Notes under the pieces: generated by a model | The model's input: the letters and a program-made list of their open reading frames with translations, nothing else | Database searches by the model: none | Told to the model about the DNA's origin: nothing | Position numbers and translations under genes: made by a program | Part shown: positions 51,237-64,000 of the stretch, one piece after another | Layout of the letters: each line of letters opens with the position of its first letter | How positions within the stretch are numbered: the first letter of the stretch is position 1 | NCBI RefSeq assembly: GCF_018977255.1 | Contig: NW_024704743.1 | Span: 33,048,001 to 33,112,000 of the forward strand | Length of the DNA: 64,000 nt | Reading direction: 5' to 3' | DNA from: Callorhinchus milii | Lineage: Eukaryota

Positions 51237-54119
51237 TTTTTAGCCTTCTGAATCAAGCATAACCAGGAAAAAGACTACAAGTTTCTTAAAAATAGGAATG
51301 GCTGGATTGTTTGTTACATTTACCTGAATCAAAAAAACAAGAACGTAAAATTTATAACAATCAAAGGGTACAATGAAATCCTCCCCCCTTCCTGGGTCAT
51401 GTCTTGGCCAAGGATTCCAAGGGTAAAGGTTCACACAGTTCAAATCATCCCATAGTTGTGATCTAAGAGCAGTAGCACCCTGGAAAAAGGTGATTTGTCC
51501 ATTCACTCATCCACAGTACAGCATATGCTACATGTTTCAACTGAATAAAAATTATTAAAGAATTCTACAAGACTTGAGATCAGTCTAAACAGTGCAGTCA
51601 TTGGAGCTGTTTTTGGATGAAACGTTTAACTGAGATCCTCTTTACCTCTTCAGGTGACTATTAAAAAACCTGCAACCTAATGTGAAGGGAGAAATAAACT
51701 TCTCTCCATATCACAGTTAACAATCCCCAGATTAATTGCAAAGTCATCTCCTAGTTATTCGTGGAACCTTGTTAGCACAAATTGCTTCTGTGTTTGTCTA
51801 GAAATATAGCCACTATATTTGACAGTAATTAGCTGTAAACATTGGGCCATTTTGATATAAGGCACTATAATCATGCAAGTGCTTTCTTTCTTGAGTTATA
51901 TATATTTTTTATTATAATAATATAATTTTGAAGAGCACTTTCAATGTTAGAAAACTTTACACCAATATAAATGGTATTCAATCTCAATGGAATTCGTGTT
52001 TTGTAAGATTGTAGTGAATGTGGATAATTACTTCTGGTGTGTAACTTTGTTCTTGTGCATGACAATTTTCATAATATTGCTAATGCGCAATACCTCCTTG
52101 ACAGAGTGTAAAATGACTAAGTAAAAATAAATAAGCTCTTGTCCCTCAATCACTTTGTCCATTTTAAATGTTGCAGACGGCAAACAGATGCATTGTTTGC
52201 AGGGAAATATTAAGAAATGTCCTGCTTGCATTGGTTCAGATTTCTGACAGGCTTAAACAGAAAATGGGGCGTATTCTGTAATTTTGTGGGGTCTTTTCTA
52301 CATCAGTTCACCTTTAGAAGCCATTTTAAATAAAAGCCAAAGCATATCAATGAGTCTACTTTCTATTTGCACACATTCAAACATAGGAAGATTATGAAAC
52401 TAGAAGCTTTGCAATACTGTTTCCCAAACCACAAATTCCTCCCTGCCTTGCTTCCAGGGATCAAGCTAACCTCTCTTCACATTTATGCCTCAATAGAGCA
52501 GGAAAACACTAAAAATACAATCCATAGGCGATTTACCACAGGGAATACATCAGCGATCATTGGTGCATAAAATAGTGCCTGTGTGTCATGGAGAGGCCAA
52601 GTATATGTAAGTATTGTTAAGTGCCTTGGGACGGACTCCAGACATGAAAGGCATCATATAAATGTAAATTTGTATAGTATTATATTGTACATCTGTACTG
52701 TTTGTGGGACATTGCAATGCTGCATTTGCCTACAAAATAATCACTACAATTTACAAAAACGCTTTGAGACAACCTCCCAACATGAAAAGTGCTACATCAA
52801 ATGCAAGTATTATTATAATAATAATGTGTGAAAATGTAGGAGTGTAGATGTGGAAGTGTGCATTTGTAATATGCGTAAACGTGTGTGTGTGCACTTGCTG
52901 GTTTGCTATAGAGTGAACCACTAAGTGGAATGAAGCCTGAATCACTGGGACCTTCTTTTTAATAAAACGCCAAAGGTCGAGTTGTGTGGCTGGTCAGAGT
53001 GCTGATTGTGAACAACTATTTAAATTAACGCAGTGCAGGAAGGCAATGCAAAAGGAATGGCACTGTGCGAAATTCTGGAATTTTTACTGTCTGGGACATG
53101 ACACCAGGCAAGTCAGAACTAAGACCCAAAGGATAAGGATAGATCAATTTACCCGCAAGCAAAAAACAGTATCTTTTTCCCCTTAGAGAAAAACTCCAGT
53201 CCTTAGTGGCAGGCTAAGCCAGAACAGTTAGACATGTTACGGAGTCATCACAAAGATAATGAAGTTGTATAAGTTAACAGTGGTTTAGACAGTGCAGTTC
53301 TTCTCCTTGTTCAAAGTTCTTAATGCATGCAGCCTTACATTACTGAACACATCACTGCTTCTCTTAAAAAAACATTTCCAGTCTCATAGAGAAATATTGC
53401 CCAAAGCTATTTCCAGCACACAACTCCACACACACCGCAGCACTGTCATCAGAAATACTATTTATCCTTGCAAAAAACACAACCACTTTTGATGCATGCA
53501 AATGTCCCACCTCCGCGCAATCAGCATTGCAGATACAGAACCAAGTTTCTATCTGATGATTACGACTACAACCCCGAGGCTAGAAATACTGAGTCAAGCA
53601 GCAAATTTTGACATAAAACGAAAAGCAGAGAAAACCGACAGCAGGAAAAGGAACAGACTGATCAAAGAGACATCGGGAGAAAGCACAGAAACATGCATGA
53701 AAGGAAACTTACCAGGCTTCATACAGTTCAGATCATTTTTTTAACTCCATCTCTCATTTCTAGCAGAGAGCTACTTTTCAACATTGTTTTACCACCATTC
53801 TGAAAAATCTGCCCCATGTATACAGGGAGTGGGAACTTTTGCTGCCAAAGACAGAATAACTAAAAACAGATTTCTTTATTCTTGCACTGAATTTGAAGTG
53901 GTTTCATCTTTGCATTTGATATAGCACTTTTCACATTGGGATGATGTCTCAAAGTGCTTCACAGACACTAGTACAGTAGCTATACAGTAAAGTGTAGTTG
54001 CTGTTAGGCGAACCCCGATTTACACACAGTAATCTCTCACAAACTGGCATGAAGTAAATGACCAATTCTGTTTTCAGGAAACTGAAAATATGAAATTTAC
54101 AGAAAATGGTTTAAACACT

Positions 54120-54750
54120 GCAATTAGCCGTCGAGAGCATGGTCTTCCCAATTCTTGTCCAGTTAGGACCACCTCACCCATTAAGGTTTGGCTTCCAGGT
54201 TTAACAGGTTGAAAAAATCCCTGCCCCCAGTGACTGGTCTGTCCGACCATGTCCTGCTGCTGAGCCAGGCTGGCTGATCCATCATCAGCAGTGTCCAGGA
54301 GTACTATCGACCCACATGGCTCAGGTACTTGACAACAACAGCAACAACTTGCATGTATTTAGCACTTTCATGTCAGGAGGACATCCCAAGGTGCTGGAAT
54401 GCTTGCATTTGATATAGAGCTTTTCATGTTGTCAAGACTTCTTAAAGCACTTCATAGGATACACTGTAAAGTGAATTGACTGTGTGAACACAGCAGCCAG
54501 TTGCGCAAAGCAATGTCCCACAAACAGCTATGGAGTGAATGAACAACTTTACATTGGGGGGATTGTTGATCAGGAGAAACTCTAGTGCCATGGGATCTGT
54601 AACGTCCACCTGAACAGCCAGACAGGACCTCGGTTTAATGTCTCACCTGAGAACAACTGGGACAGCTACAGAGCATTGACTCGATTCCCACATTCTGCTG
54701 CCAAGCATGTGGCCTTAGAGTCAGCTCGGCTACAAGGAGATTCCACTTAC
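54120..54750 (-). mobile_element. Family X copy interrupted by L2-tail/Deu-SINE sequence (about 54335..54652)
   Basis: ccccagtgactggtctg..catcagcagtgtccagga..tggctcagg aligns with 27510..27613 and resumes after acaac to aaggagattccac. Confidence 0.75.
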
Positions 54751-55319
54751 CTTCTTTTGAATGTTACAATTACTGTATTCTGCTAGGAATGAGCAGCTTC
54801 ACTTCAATAGACCATTGAGGCTGGGATCTCGGTACAGTGCTACTGAAACTACACTAAGTCTCTCGTGGGCACTCAATCATTTAATTAGTAGTGCTTAATA
54901 ACGGGATGCATGGTACACCGAGTACCGGCTTCCCGTGTAGATGGTCTTTATGTGGAGGTTTATTGGAACATAGAATGCTTTGCTACAAGTGTCTAGGAAT
55001 TTGGATAACTGTTTGAAAAGGAAACCATATACAAACGGTTAATTAAATACTTAGTCCTATATAAATTATAATAATACTTGCATTTGATATAGCACCTTAT
55101 CACGTCTTTGAGATGTCTCAAAGCACTTCACAGAATATACTGTAATGTTACAATAAATTACCACCAAATATACAGATAATATAATCATTATTACATTCAA
55201 TACAATAAATAATTGGTTTCTAACATGCAAATAAACTTAGAACTATCGAAATTTATAACACAGAAGTAGACTATTTGGCCCATCGTGTGTCTATGCTGGC
55301 TCTTTGAAATATGAATGTC

Positions 55320-55545
55320 GAACTTTCAGCCACTATGCCCCGAATCTCTGAAACAGTCTTCCTCTATCCCTCCGCCTTGCCCCTTCCTTCCCCATCTTTA
55401 GGTCATGCCTGAAGACCTTCCTATTTGACCGTGCCTACAGTCACCTTCCCCTGCCACCGGCTTGCCATCGTGCTCCACCACCGTCAAGCGCTCTGGGATG
55501 TTACCCTGCATGAGGGGTGTTATATAAATGCAAGCTGTTGTTGTT
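55320..55545 (+). mobile_element. L2 3' end
   Basis: ttcagccactatgcccc..gaggggtgttatataaatgcaagctgttgttgtt. Confidence 0.85.
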
Positions 55546-55547
55546 GT

Positions 55548-56382
55548 ATGCCATCTACATACGGAAATGATGCTTATTGTGGAATAGCGTGTGTTCTCTC
55601 TCCCACTCTCAGGAGCATTACACCCATCCTACTTAATTCCAGAAAGCATTAGCAGCAGGTTGGTAAGGATTGGGAACCCCAGCGTGTGCATTATGGTACT
55701 CCTGGAGTTTATCCAGCTCTTTTTTTAAAAAAAAACAGCTTGTCATCATGAGCACGGTCTGGTAAGCTTCCTGCTGCTTCGACCACACTACATGGCTCAC
55801 AGAGTTAACAAGACATAAGTGGGAAGAATCCATGCTCTTAGCGATCAATCTACCCTCCAAGTACTGTTGAGAAGCCAGGACAGTTGGTTCTTCATTAGCA
55901 GTGTCCGCTTGGTTCAGGCACACGATTACTAAGATAATAATCTTTGAATTTGATATAGCGCCTTATCACATCTTTGAGACATCTCAAAGCACTTAACAGA
56001 ATATACTGTAGAGTGAGTTGACTGTATATTTTGTAGGGTGAAATGCGGCAGCCAATTGCGCACAGATGTGTCCCATAAGCAGTTGTGGATTGAGTGACCA
56101 AATTATTATTATTTTTAGAAGAAATTATCACCCTTAGAAAAGCAATCCGGTAATCGACTAACAATTGGGCTCCTACTTACTGCTAGGTAAACAGGCATGT
56201 GGAGTAAGAAAACTTGCCCAACGTTTTGCCCTGCCGGGAATCAAACCCAGGTCTCTCGCTTGCGAGACGAGTGCTGTAACCTCTGAGGTAAAGGACTCCA
56301 CTCACCACAAAGGACCAACTTGATTCAGATATGAAGGCACTTCACCTTGGGAGGAATCTTAGTCCCAAGGAGACCCCACTAA
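55548..56382 (-). mobile_element. Family X diverged copy interrupted by SINE family A (55930..56300)
   Basis: ttccagaaagcattagcagcaggttgg..gtgtgcattatggtact and ccaaggagaccccac blocks are shared with 27127..27740 and 35364. Confidence 0.65.
55930..56300 (-). mobile_element. SINE family A, full length
   Basis: Head ends ggactcca at about 56300; standard body and tail. Confidence 0.88.
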
Positions 56383-59300
56383 CATCATCTCTATTTGCGT
56401 TCTATTTTCTACCTACAAAACATATAGTCACTCCACTTACAATATATCTTACAACATATCCCTTGAAGCACTTTGAGACATCCTTCAGAAGTGAAAGATG
56501 CCATACCAAATCTAAGTATCCTTATTAATTCTACTTTTTCTGCTTCTTCACTGCAGATCATTGTACTGTAATCTCAACATATGGGTCAGGCCTGCACCAT
56601 AGTGTCTCGTCACCCTCAAGACAGAGAGTCCAACTTTTCATCAATCCCGAGAATGGGCCTGTAGAAGATAGATTTGCTCCAAGGTAATTTATTTCCTGCA
56701 ATGCCTCGTACAACAATTCTCCTGGGAGACTTGCTTGCAGGATGGGCTCCAATTCCTTTCTAAGTATTACCGTTCACTCTTATCCGATATGATATATTCA
56801 GGAATCTGAATATTCTGACAAGTTCCAAGAGTCACCACAGCTCAAGTAAATATGTAATTTGTTTTAAAAAAAGGCATCTTCCACCATTCCACTATTCCTT
56901 TAATAGTCAGGTTTGTCAGTCCATCAAATGGTCTGAAAATAAGGTGCATTTAAAATAGCGTTCTGCAGTAATGAAGATCCTTGCATTTGATATAGCATCT
57001 ATTCACATCTTTGAGACGTCTTGAAGTTCTTCACAGAATATACTGTAAGGTGAATTGACTGTGTACTTTGTGGGTGAAATGCAAAACAAACTAACAGAGT
57101 AACAAAAAAAATGCAAAATACTGCAGATGCTGGAAATCTGAAACAAAAACATAAGTCGTTGGGAACACTCAGCAGAAGAGCGTTCCCAGCGACTTCTAAC
57201 AGAGTAATGAGTCTGTCTCTGCTCTGAACTAACGCAGACTGAAATTGGGACTACAGTTGACATTTTCTGATTTATGGATGGTTATCTTCATATCAGTGAT
57301 GATGAGTAATGGCAACTATTTGCAGTGAATCCATATTAATTCAAGGACTAAAATAGGCTCTCAAAAGTCAAGGCATGTGCAGGGAGAGAAGGGAAAAGGT
57401 GGTTGTTCCCTTCTTTTGAACTTGTTCCTTTCTCTCTCTTCCCCCTCCCCATGCACCTTCTTAAGAGGGACAGAATGACAATACAAGACTAGGTTTTTCT
57501 TTCCTTCCTCATGTCAAAAAAGATTATAATGTGCTCAAGCCCTACAAATATTAGGGCTCATGCCCTACAAATATTCGGCCTGTGACAAACTAAGCATTAA
57601 CATATCAGTGAGTGGAAAATGTATGCAAAGGTTCATCTTGAATTAAGGCGGCCAGACCCAGTTTCAAGAATAAAACAAATGTGTGACTTCTGTGCCTATT
57701 ACAACATGTGTGGATACTCTTAAGCATGGTGATGGGTTTCTGCATGTGTCAAGACACCCGGCTGACCAACCCCAAAAATGTGCGACTAGAATAGAGTTTT
57801 TCTATTTTTAACTTTATTTGAAACAATGCAAGGTTAGTAATATGCCTATGTGGATGCCAAGATGCTCCGTTTTCTGTTGTTTTAGGGGAACCTGCAGTGA
57901 AATACGAATCACTGTGCTTGAGACCTGTACATTCTGATACTCAAGATTATCTTTTCGAAAGCATTTACACAAATGTAATTGATGTTGCATCCCGTAGAAA
58001 AAAAATGCCATTCCAGGTTTTTTTCCATACAATCCATTCATAACGCAATTCAATTGACTCAACCATGTGGAATCTCAGCTCATATGATGACCTGCCCAAG
58101 GGAGTTATTGTAAAATGTTGACATTTTCTAACCTTCCGGGTTTATTGAACAAAAATGACTTCACTCGCACCCACACCAAATAGCATTACTTAAAATCAAC
58201 AGTTAACTCTTGATTTTGTCTTGCACTACGTTTGAACAATTCATGGTTGAAACGGCCATCAGTACACAAGTGAAATGTTTTTCTATTTAGCTTGTGAAAG
58301 TTAAAATCACCCTGCTCCAAAAACACATATAAACACACTCCAATTTCAATGCTTTCTTTTTTTGTATAAAAAAGGTGCAATTCAAAATAAATAATAGCTA
58401 CTTGAAAAAGTGTATGCTTCACATCCACGCCAGGACATTCAATACAACTTGAATCCTTAGTGGTTCCAATTTAAGACATTTAAAATATAGCACACTTAAA
58501 AGAGGATCGCAAAATGGCAAAACAAAGCATAGGAAAGTAATTTGAGTTCAAATGAAATTAGTAGTTACTGCAGCAGCTAGTGAGCACTGAGAAAGACAGG
58601 AATGTACAAAAGAAGTACTCTCCTCCCATTATTTGAGCAGGTGCAGATTAGTGGCCCAGCACCAACCAACTTCCCGCAGCTTATGAAACGGTTGGAAATG
58701 AGGGCTCAGATTTGAGAAGTATTGCACCCAAGTTGCCGTCAAGCAGACTAAAGCAGTATTGAAGAACGAGACAGTGATGCCCAGCGCTGCATCTGCTCTG
58801 CAAATTATAACTAAGATGGAAGCTGCAACCAGGAGAACATGGTTTGTTTCTTTAAGAAAAAAAATCAAAGCCTTTAGGAGGGGATGGAAGGTGAGAAACT
58901 TGTTGTTGAAGACATGCAAAGCCTAAAAGAAGTTGATATATTTTAATATTAGATAAGGGGTGGTATTTTGCAAACAATGAAGAACGACAAGGTCATTGCC
59001 CTGACAATGTCCTAACATTTTCTTTTAATCCTGCTAAACACATGCTCACACAGTTAATAGAAACAAATTTAGCTAAACCACACAGTTATGTTTACCTACA
59101 AACTATGAAAGCTCTCGTCTCAGAAGCTAGATTCCAGAGAGACCTGACTCATTTCCTGGAACAGGAATGGATGTGTTACAATACCGTCAGTTACTGAGCA
59201 ATAATGAAACAAGGAATTCTTCTGTTGCACAAATCTGTTGTATAGTACAGTAGAAACGTTTTTCAGTGCAGTCTTTATTTTTTTAAAACAACAGATTAGC

Positions 59301-59385
59301 CAGCAAACGTTGTACTTTGATCAAAATGCCCATTCAGAATGAATCGGGATGAAACATTAATTTGCTTGAATTTATTTTTCAACTG

Positions 59386-59420
59386 GGTATATGTGTGTGT
59401 ATATATATAATATATATATG

Positions 59421-59451
<31 letters not shown>

Positions 59452-59478
59452 GTGTATATATATAATATATATACACAT
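59386..59478. repeat. Compound (TA)n/(TG)n microsatellite
   Basis: gtatatgtgtgtgtatatatataatatatat... Confidence 0.92.
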
Positions 59479-59773
59479 AATCTATCTTGAGAGAGAGGAA
59501 CTTACTCCTGGGCCACCATAACAACATTTCAATCCCCTTCCTTGTTGTGAAATATCATGGTTGATCTGCATATCTAGTGCAAAAAGCAGCACAAGAGAAT
59601 GAGCATTGGGACTCCCAACCTAAAAGCTGCAATTCAATTCCAGGACAGCTCTGCTGCAGTTGATATGATCTTGGATGCACTGCCTGAAAGGGGGTGGAAG
59701 CAAATTCAATAACAACTTTCAAAAAGGAATTGAAAGGGGAAAAATTTGCAAGGCTATTGGAAAAGAGCGGGGG

Positions 59774-60228
59774 AACATAGGAACAGGAGGAGGCCGCTCA
59801 GTCCTTTGAGCCTGTTCCGCTATTTCATTAGATCATGGCCGATCTCTACCTCAACTAATCTTTTCAATTCCAATTTCCCACTTTCTCCCCATATCCCTAA
59901 ATATCCTGACCTACCAAAAATCTATCAACCTCACTCTTGAAGGTGTGGATGATTCCAGCATCCATGGCCTTTTAGGGAAGAGAACTCCAGATTTCTACCA
60001 CCCTTTGAATGAAAACATGCTTCCTGATTTCACTCTTAAATGGCCTGGTTCTAATTTTAAGACTATACCCCCTTGTTTTGGATTCCCCTACCAGAGGAAA
60101 TAGCTTCTCTGTATCTACCCTATCGAATTCCTTTCTCATTTTAAACACCTCAATCAAATCACTCCTCAACCTTCTAAACTCCAGGAAATACAATCCAAGT
60201 TTATTCAGCCTTTCCTCGTAACTTAACC
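59774..60228 (-). mobile_element. CR1 LINE 3' fragment nested in a plus-strand CR1 3' end (about 59670..59773 and 60230..60329)
   Basis: ORF 59972..60193 LEFRRLRSDLIEVFKM..TRGYSLKI..FIQRVVEIWSSLP is the CR1 ORF2 C-terminus; the host resumes with gaatggcctccttctgtg..gattctatgattcta. Confidence 0.88.
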
Positions 60229-63200
60229 TATGGAGGAGCGGGACTAGTTGGATAGCTCTTTCATAGAGCCAGCACAGGCATGATAGGCCGAATGGCCTCC
60301 TTCTGTGATGTAAGATTCTATGATTCTATTCCACTTTGGACATCTGTGGCTCACTAATGGGCATGTCAAACTACAATGCAGCTTGTGTATACCAGCATCT
60401 GCAGTGTTTCCCAGAGGTAGCCTTGTGAATGTGAAGCCCGCTTTCAAAAGTAGAAAAAGTGGAGTTCCTCCAGTGGCTCAATGTGCAAGAGCACCACATG
60501 GTCAAATGTCCTAGTGTCTCAGATTCTATGCCCTACGTTTGCTGAGCATTAACCACAGCATCAGTAGGGTTTCTGTAACTGACCTTCACAAAGGGAAGGG
60601 ACAGAAAGAAGGGCAAAAGAACAAAGGTTGAAAAAAAATGTTGCCTAGGTTTTCACCAATCCCAAATGCACCAACTCAGTTACGATACCCCTCCATGTTT
60701 AAATGGCTACCAACAACTCACATTCTCTTGCCTATTGAACAAGGTAATAAGAGTTCTGCCATTGCCCATAAAACCATACCCTAACATGAGCCACTGCACT
60801 GAGAGAGAAAGCCGATTTCCTCCAAACCAACTTCCTTTAAACTGTTCACAGGGCAATGTCAAGTGGTGGAGAAAACAATGGAGCTGACTGGCACAGTCAT
60901 TTATATAAGGAGAGCATGTACCACTTGAATTGCTGAGCCCACTGGGGTGGAGGATATAATATTTCACTTGATAGTTAAACTACTTAAAAATTAATTCCAG
61001 CCCCTGGCTAGATTCACATCATTTCTGCTCTGGTGCCAAATGCCAATCAACTGGTCCCTTTCTTCCAAAGCATGGATTAGCTTACAACTTCTGGAATCTA
61101 CAGGGAAACAAGACTAAAGCCAAATGAAGGTAGCAGAGGCAAGAGAAAGGCACAGGAGTAAAGGCAGCCGATAAATTTGGGCGCTACTCCTGGTCTCCAT
61201 TCACATGAGGCCCTATTCCATGCAGACGTCAGAAGCAAAAGGATATCTGTGCAAAGTGCGAGGTCACTGCTCACAAAACTCGATGAATTCAGGTTCGCTT
61301 GTACATGCGGAACAAAAGCTCGTTTCCGAGCTGGTATTTCAGAAACCCGTTCGGCCTGTTGTCAGGACCTCCACTTCAACGATGCTCTAGTTACTGTGGT
61401 TCCCACAACCAAAGTCCAGGACACTACAGTTGCTTAATATTGCAGTCATACCACAGGTGGCAGGTTATAGCAGCTCCAGAGTGTGGTGCTTAACTCTACT
61501 CCATTTGCGCTACTATACTCAGGGAAAGCAGAGCTCCTTACATCATTGCATTTTAATGGTAGAGAGGAAACCAACAAACCTGTTAGTTTCCTAACATTAA
61601 AAGTGACACATGAAGGCTCTGTCCACCATCCCCACTGCATTTCAAGCTGATGTTGAAAAGCTTGGTTTCCCACTGGCTGCATTCATTAGGTTAAAGCCGC
61701 TCCTCATCATGGTCTTACACCATTTGACAAAACGGATTTGTGCTCAGACAGTTCGCTTGACATCAACTGCCATTGCAGAACTGGAATTTGTACCCAAACC
61801 AGAATTGAATCAATGCAGAATCTGTATCCAAACTGATATACATGGTTAATTCAGTTTACAGTATATGATGTGACACACTTTGAGATGTCTCCATGACATG
61901 ATAAGGTGTTATATCAAATGCAAGGATTATTATTATAAACTCACACAAAACCAGCAGTGCAACTGAACTGCAAGACGACAGTTTCACAATCCTGTAGACT
62001 GACTTTTTAATACCTTCACCATTTTAGCAAAGAATATTCTCAATTACAATTAAATCTTTGTCAGAATTTACAGCTCCTTAATTGACCCATCTGGTACCAG
62101 ACAATAGGTCAGAGTTGTCTAATTTTCCTAAAGGAGCTTGTCCTTCAGACGACTGGTGACATTGTCGAATAAAGCAAACAGACATGTGTTCCCGGTTCTT
62201 CATTTGTTGACTGGAAAAATCAATGTGTTGACTGCATAATAACCCATTAAGTAGGAGTCACCTCAGATGCATCAGAACATACTGTGGAAGTAATTAGCAA
62301 TGCATTTATTGTGAAATTGGAGGTTTGAATTCAATATAATCTGAGTATTTATCTTTGATAAAAACACATTTTAACTATTGAAATACATTTAACTAGTAGC
62401 ACATAATTTAAATGTTGGCTTTTCCAAATTGTTTAAATACATTTAGGAACATAGAAACACAGGAACATGAGGAGGCCATTCAGCCCATCAGCCTCTTTCA
62501 TTAGTTTGTTTGATTTGGTATATTTTGTATTCCCAAAGCTCCATCTTTTTGCCATATTCCTTGATACCTCTACTTCAGGTTCCATGTCAGGACTATGAAT
62601 TCAGTCTATACTAACACTCCAATACAGTGTCAGTTAGTAGCACTTTTGTCTCTGGGTCAAAAGGTATGGTTTCAACTCGCATCGAGAATTCAAACTCATA
62701 GTCTACCTAGCCTGACACTCCAGTGCAGCTTTTGTTTGGCTCTCCTGGCTTCCCATCCCTCAGTGAATTGAGTTCAAGTTCCTTGTTCTCACATGAAAGG
62801 TGCCGTATAAGTGTAAATTATGTTGTGCTGCATTGTTGCCAACCTTTTGATTAGACGTTAAACCAAGGTCAATAAACCTGTTCAGGTGCACGTTAAAGAT
62901 TTAATTGACACGCCTTGCAAAGAGAAGGGAATTTCTTGAAATGATATGCCGATTGGCTTTCTTCTGTGCTGTAAACTTCTTAGGTTCTTCCAGCATCCTG
63001 GTCAACAATCACCAAATAAAACTGATCATTCACTTCATGGCTATTTATGGGACGTTGCTGTGTGCAAAAACTGGCTGCCGTGTTTGCCTACAAATTACAG
63101 TCGCAGCTCTTTGTGCCGACTCAATAATAATAATGTGTGATAAGGAGCTATATCAAATGCAAGGTTTGATTTAAGTCCCCTTTTGCTTTGGACTCACCAA

Positions 63201-63249
63201 CAAGTGGAAACAGCTGATCAGCATCCATCTTATTGGATCTTTTTGTAAT

Positions 63250-63650
63250 CATAAATACCTCCATTAGGTCAATCATCTCAATTCTAGAGAGAAGAGCTCA
63301 ACTTGCCCAATCTTTCTTTTCAGCTATATCCACTCATTCTGGATAACATCTTGTAAATCTACATTGTACACTCCTCAATGTTACAATATCCATCTTGTAA
63401 TATAACAAGTAATAATCCTTGCATTTGATATAGTGCCTTATCACATCATTGATGCATCTCAAAGCACTTCAGAATATACAGAACTGATATTGATATAGTG
63501 AATTGATTGTATATTTTGTGGACAAAATGTAATATGGTAAATAGAACTTTACACAGTACTCCAAATGTCGTCTAAACAAAGTTTTATATAAATTTAACTT
63601 GCCTACTTTCATATTGTATTCCTCTGGACATAAAGCCAAGAACTCAATTT
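63250..63650 (-). mobile_element. CR1 RT fragment interrupted by a truncated SINE A (about 63408..63525)
   Basis: LYKTLFRRHLEYCVKF motif; tgtaatat duplicated at 63396 and 63528. Confidence 0.75.
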
Positions 63651-64000
63651 GCATTCTTTATTGCTTTGACCCGTACAGGTGGACAAATGTGAATCAAATC
63701 CATATCCCTCCCCCCCACACCCAGGTTCCTACCATTCTGGGTAAATACGATTGTTGTACAATTGCCAGGACACAGAAAATTGCTTTAGGTTCAAATTAAT
63801 GTAAATAGGATATTTGATGTCTTTAAGATCTAGCAGAAGAATTGCCATTCAGGACCTTAGTTTAAAGTCTAATCTGAAAAACGTCAAACCTCTGACAATG
63901 GAGCACTCTTCCAGCACTGCATCGGTATAAACACATAATCTGACCCCAGAGGCAATCATGCCGAGCTGACACTCCAGTGCAGATTGCTATTTTAGTAAAG

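Noticed and set aside
53713..53759. Possible cassette or alternative first exon with a strong donor CTG|GTAAGT
   Set aside because: Weak acceptor, in-frame stop, and its ATGs are either stopped or out of phase with exon 3; a non-coding exon cannot be excluded without RNA data

Overview
Eukaryotic (vertebrate) genomic DNA, AT-rich and packed with repeats. The repeat content (L2 and CR1 LINE fragments, tRNA-derived SINEs, Deu-domain SINEs) points to a cartilaginous fish; this is an inference. The whole window lies inside one protein-coding gene on the minus strand, CARMIL1 (LRRC16A). I could read 12 consecutive GT-AG coding exons (49721 down to 1748; 1005 nt, 335 codons, all phase-compatible). 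They correspond to human exons 3-14 and encode the PH domain, the linker and the first leucine-rich repeats. Both ends of the gene lie outside the window. Almost all ORFs in the supplied track are chance ORFs or decayed LINE fragments. The introns contain L2 3' ends, one L2 endonuclease fragment, CR1 3' ends, at least three SINE families, MITE-like elements and microsatellites. The most unusual items are: (i) an unclassified ~600-bp dispersed element (about 8 copies) with a hairpin at each end; (ii) a ~110-bp duplicated two-hairpin element with an apparent compensatory change; (iii) an ~85-bp inverted, locally templated insertion; (iv) a back-to-back double-tailed L2 insertion. I found no CRISPR array, rRNA or bona fide tRNA gene. 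Repeat boundaries were read by eye and are approximate; exon boundaries were read base by base.
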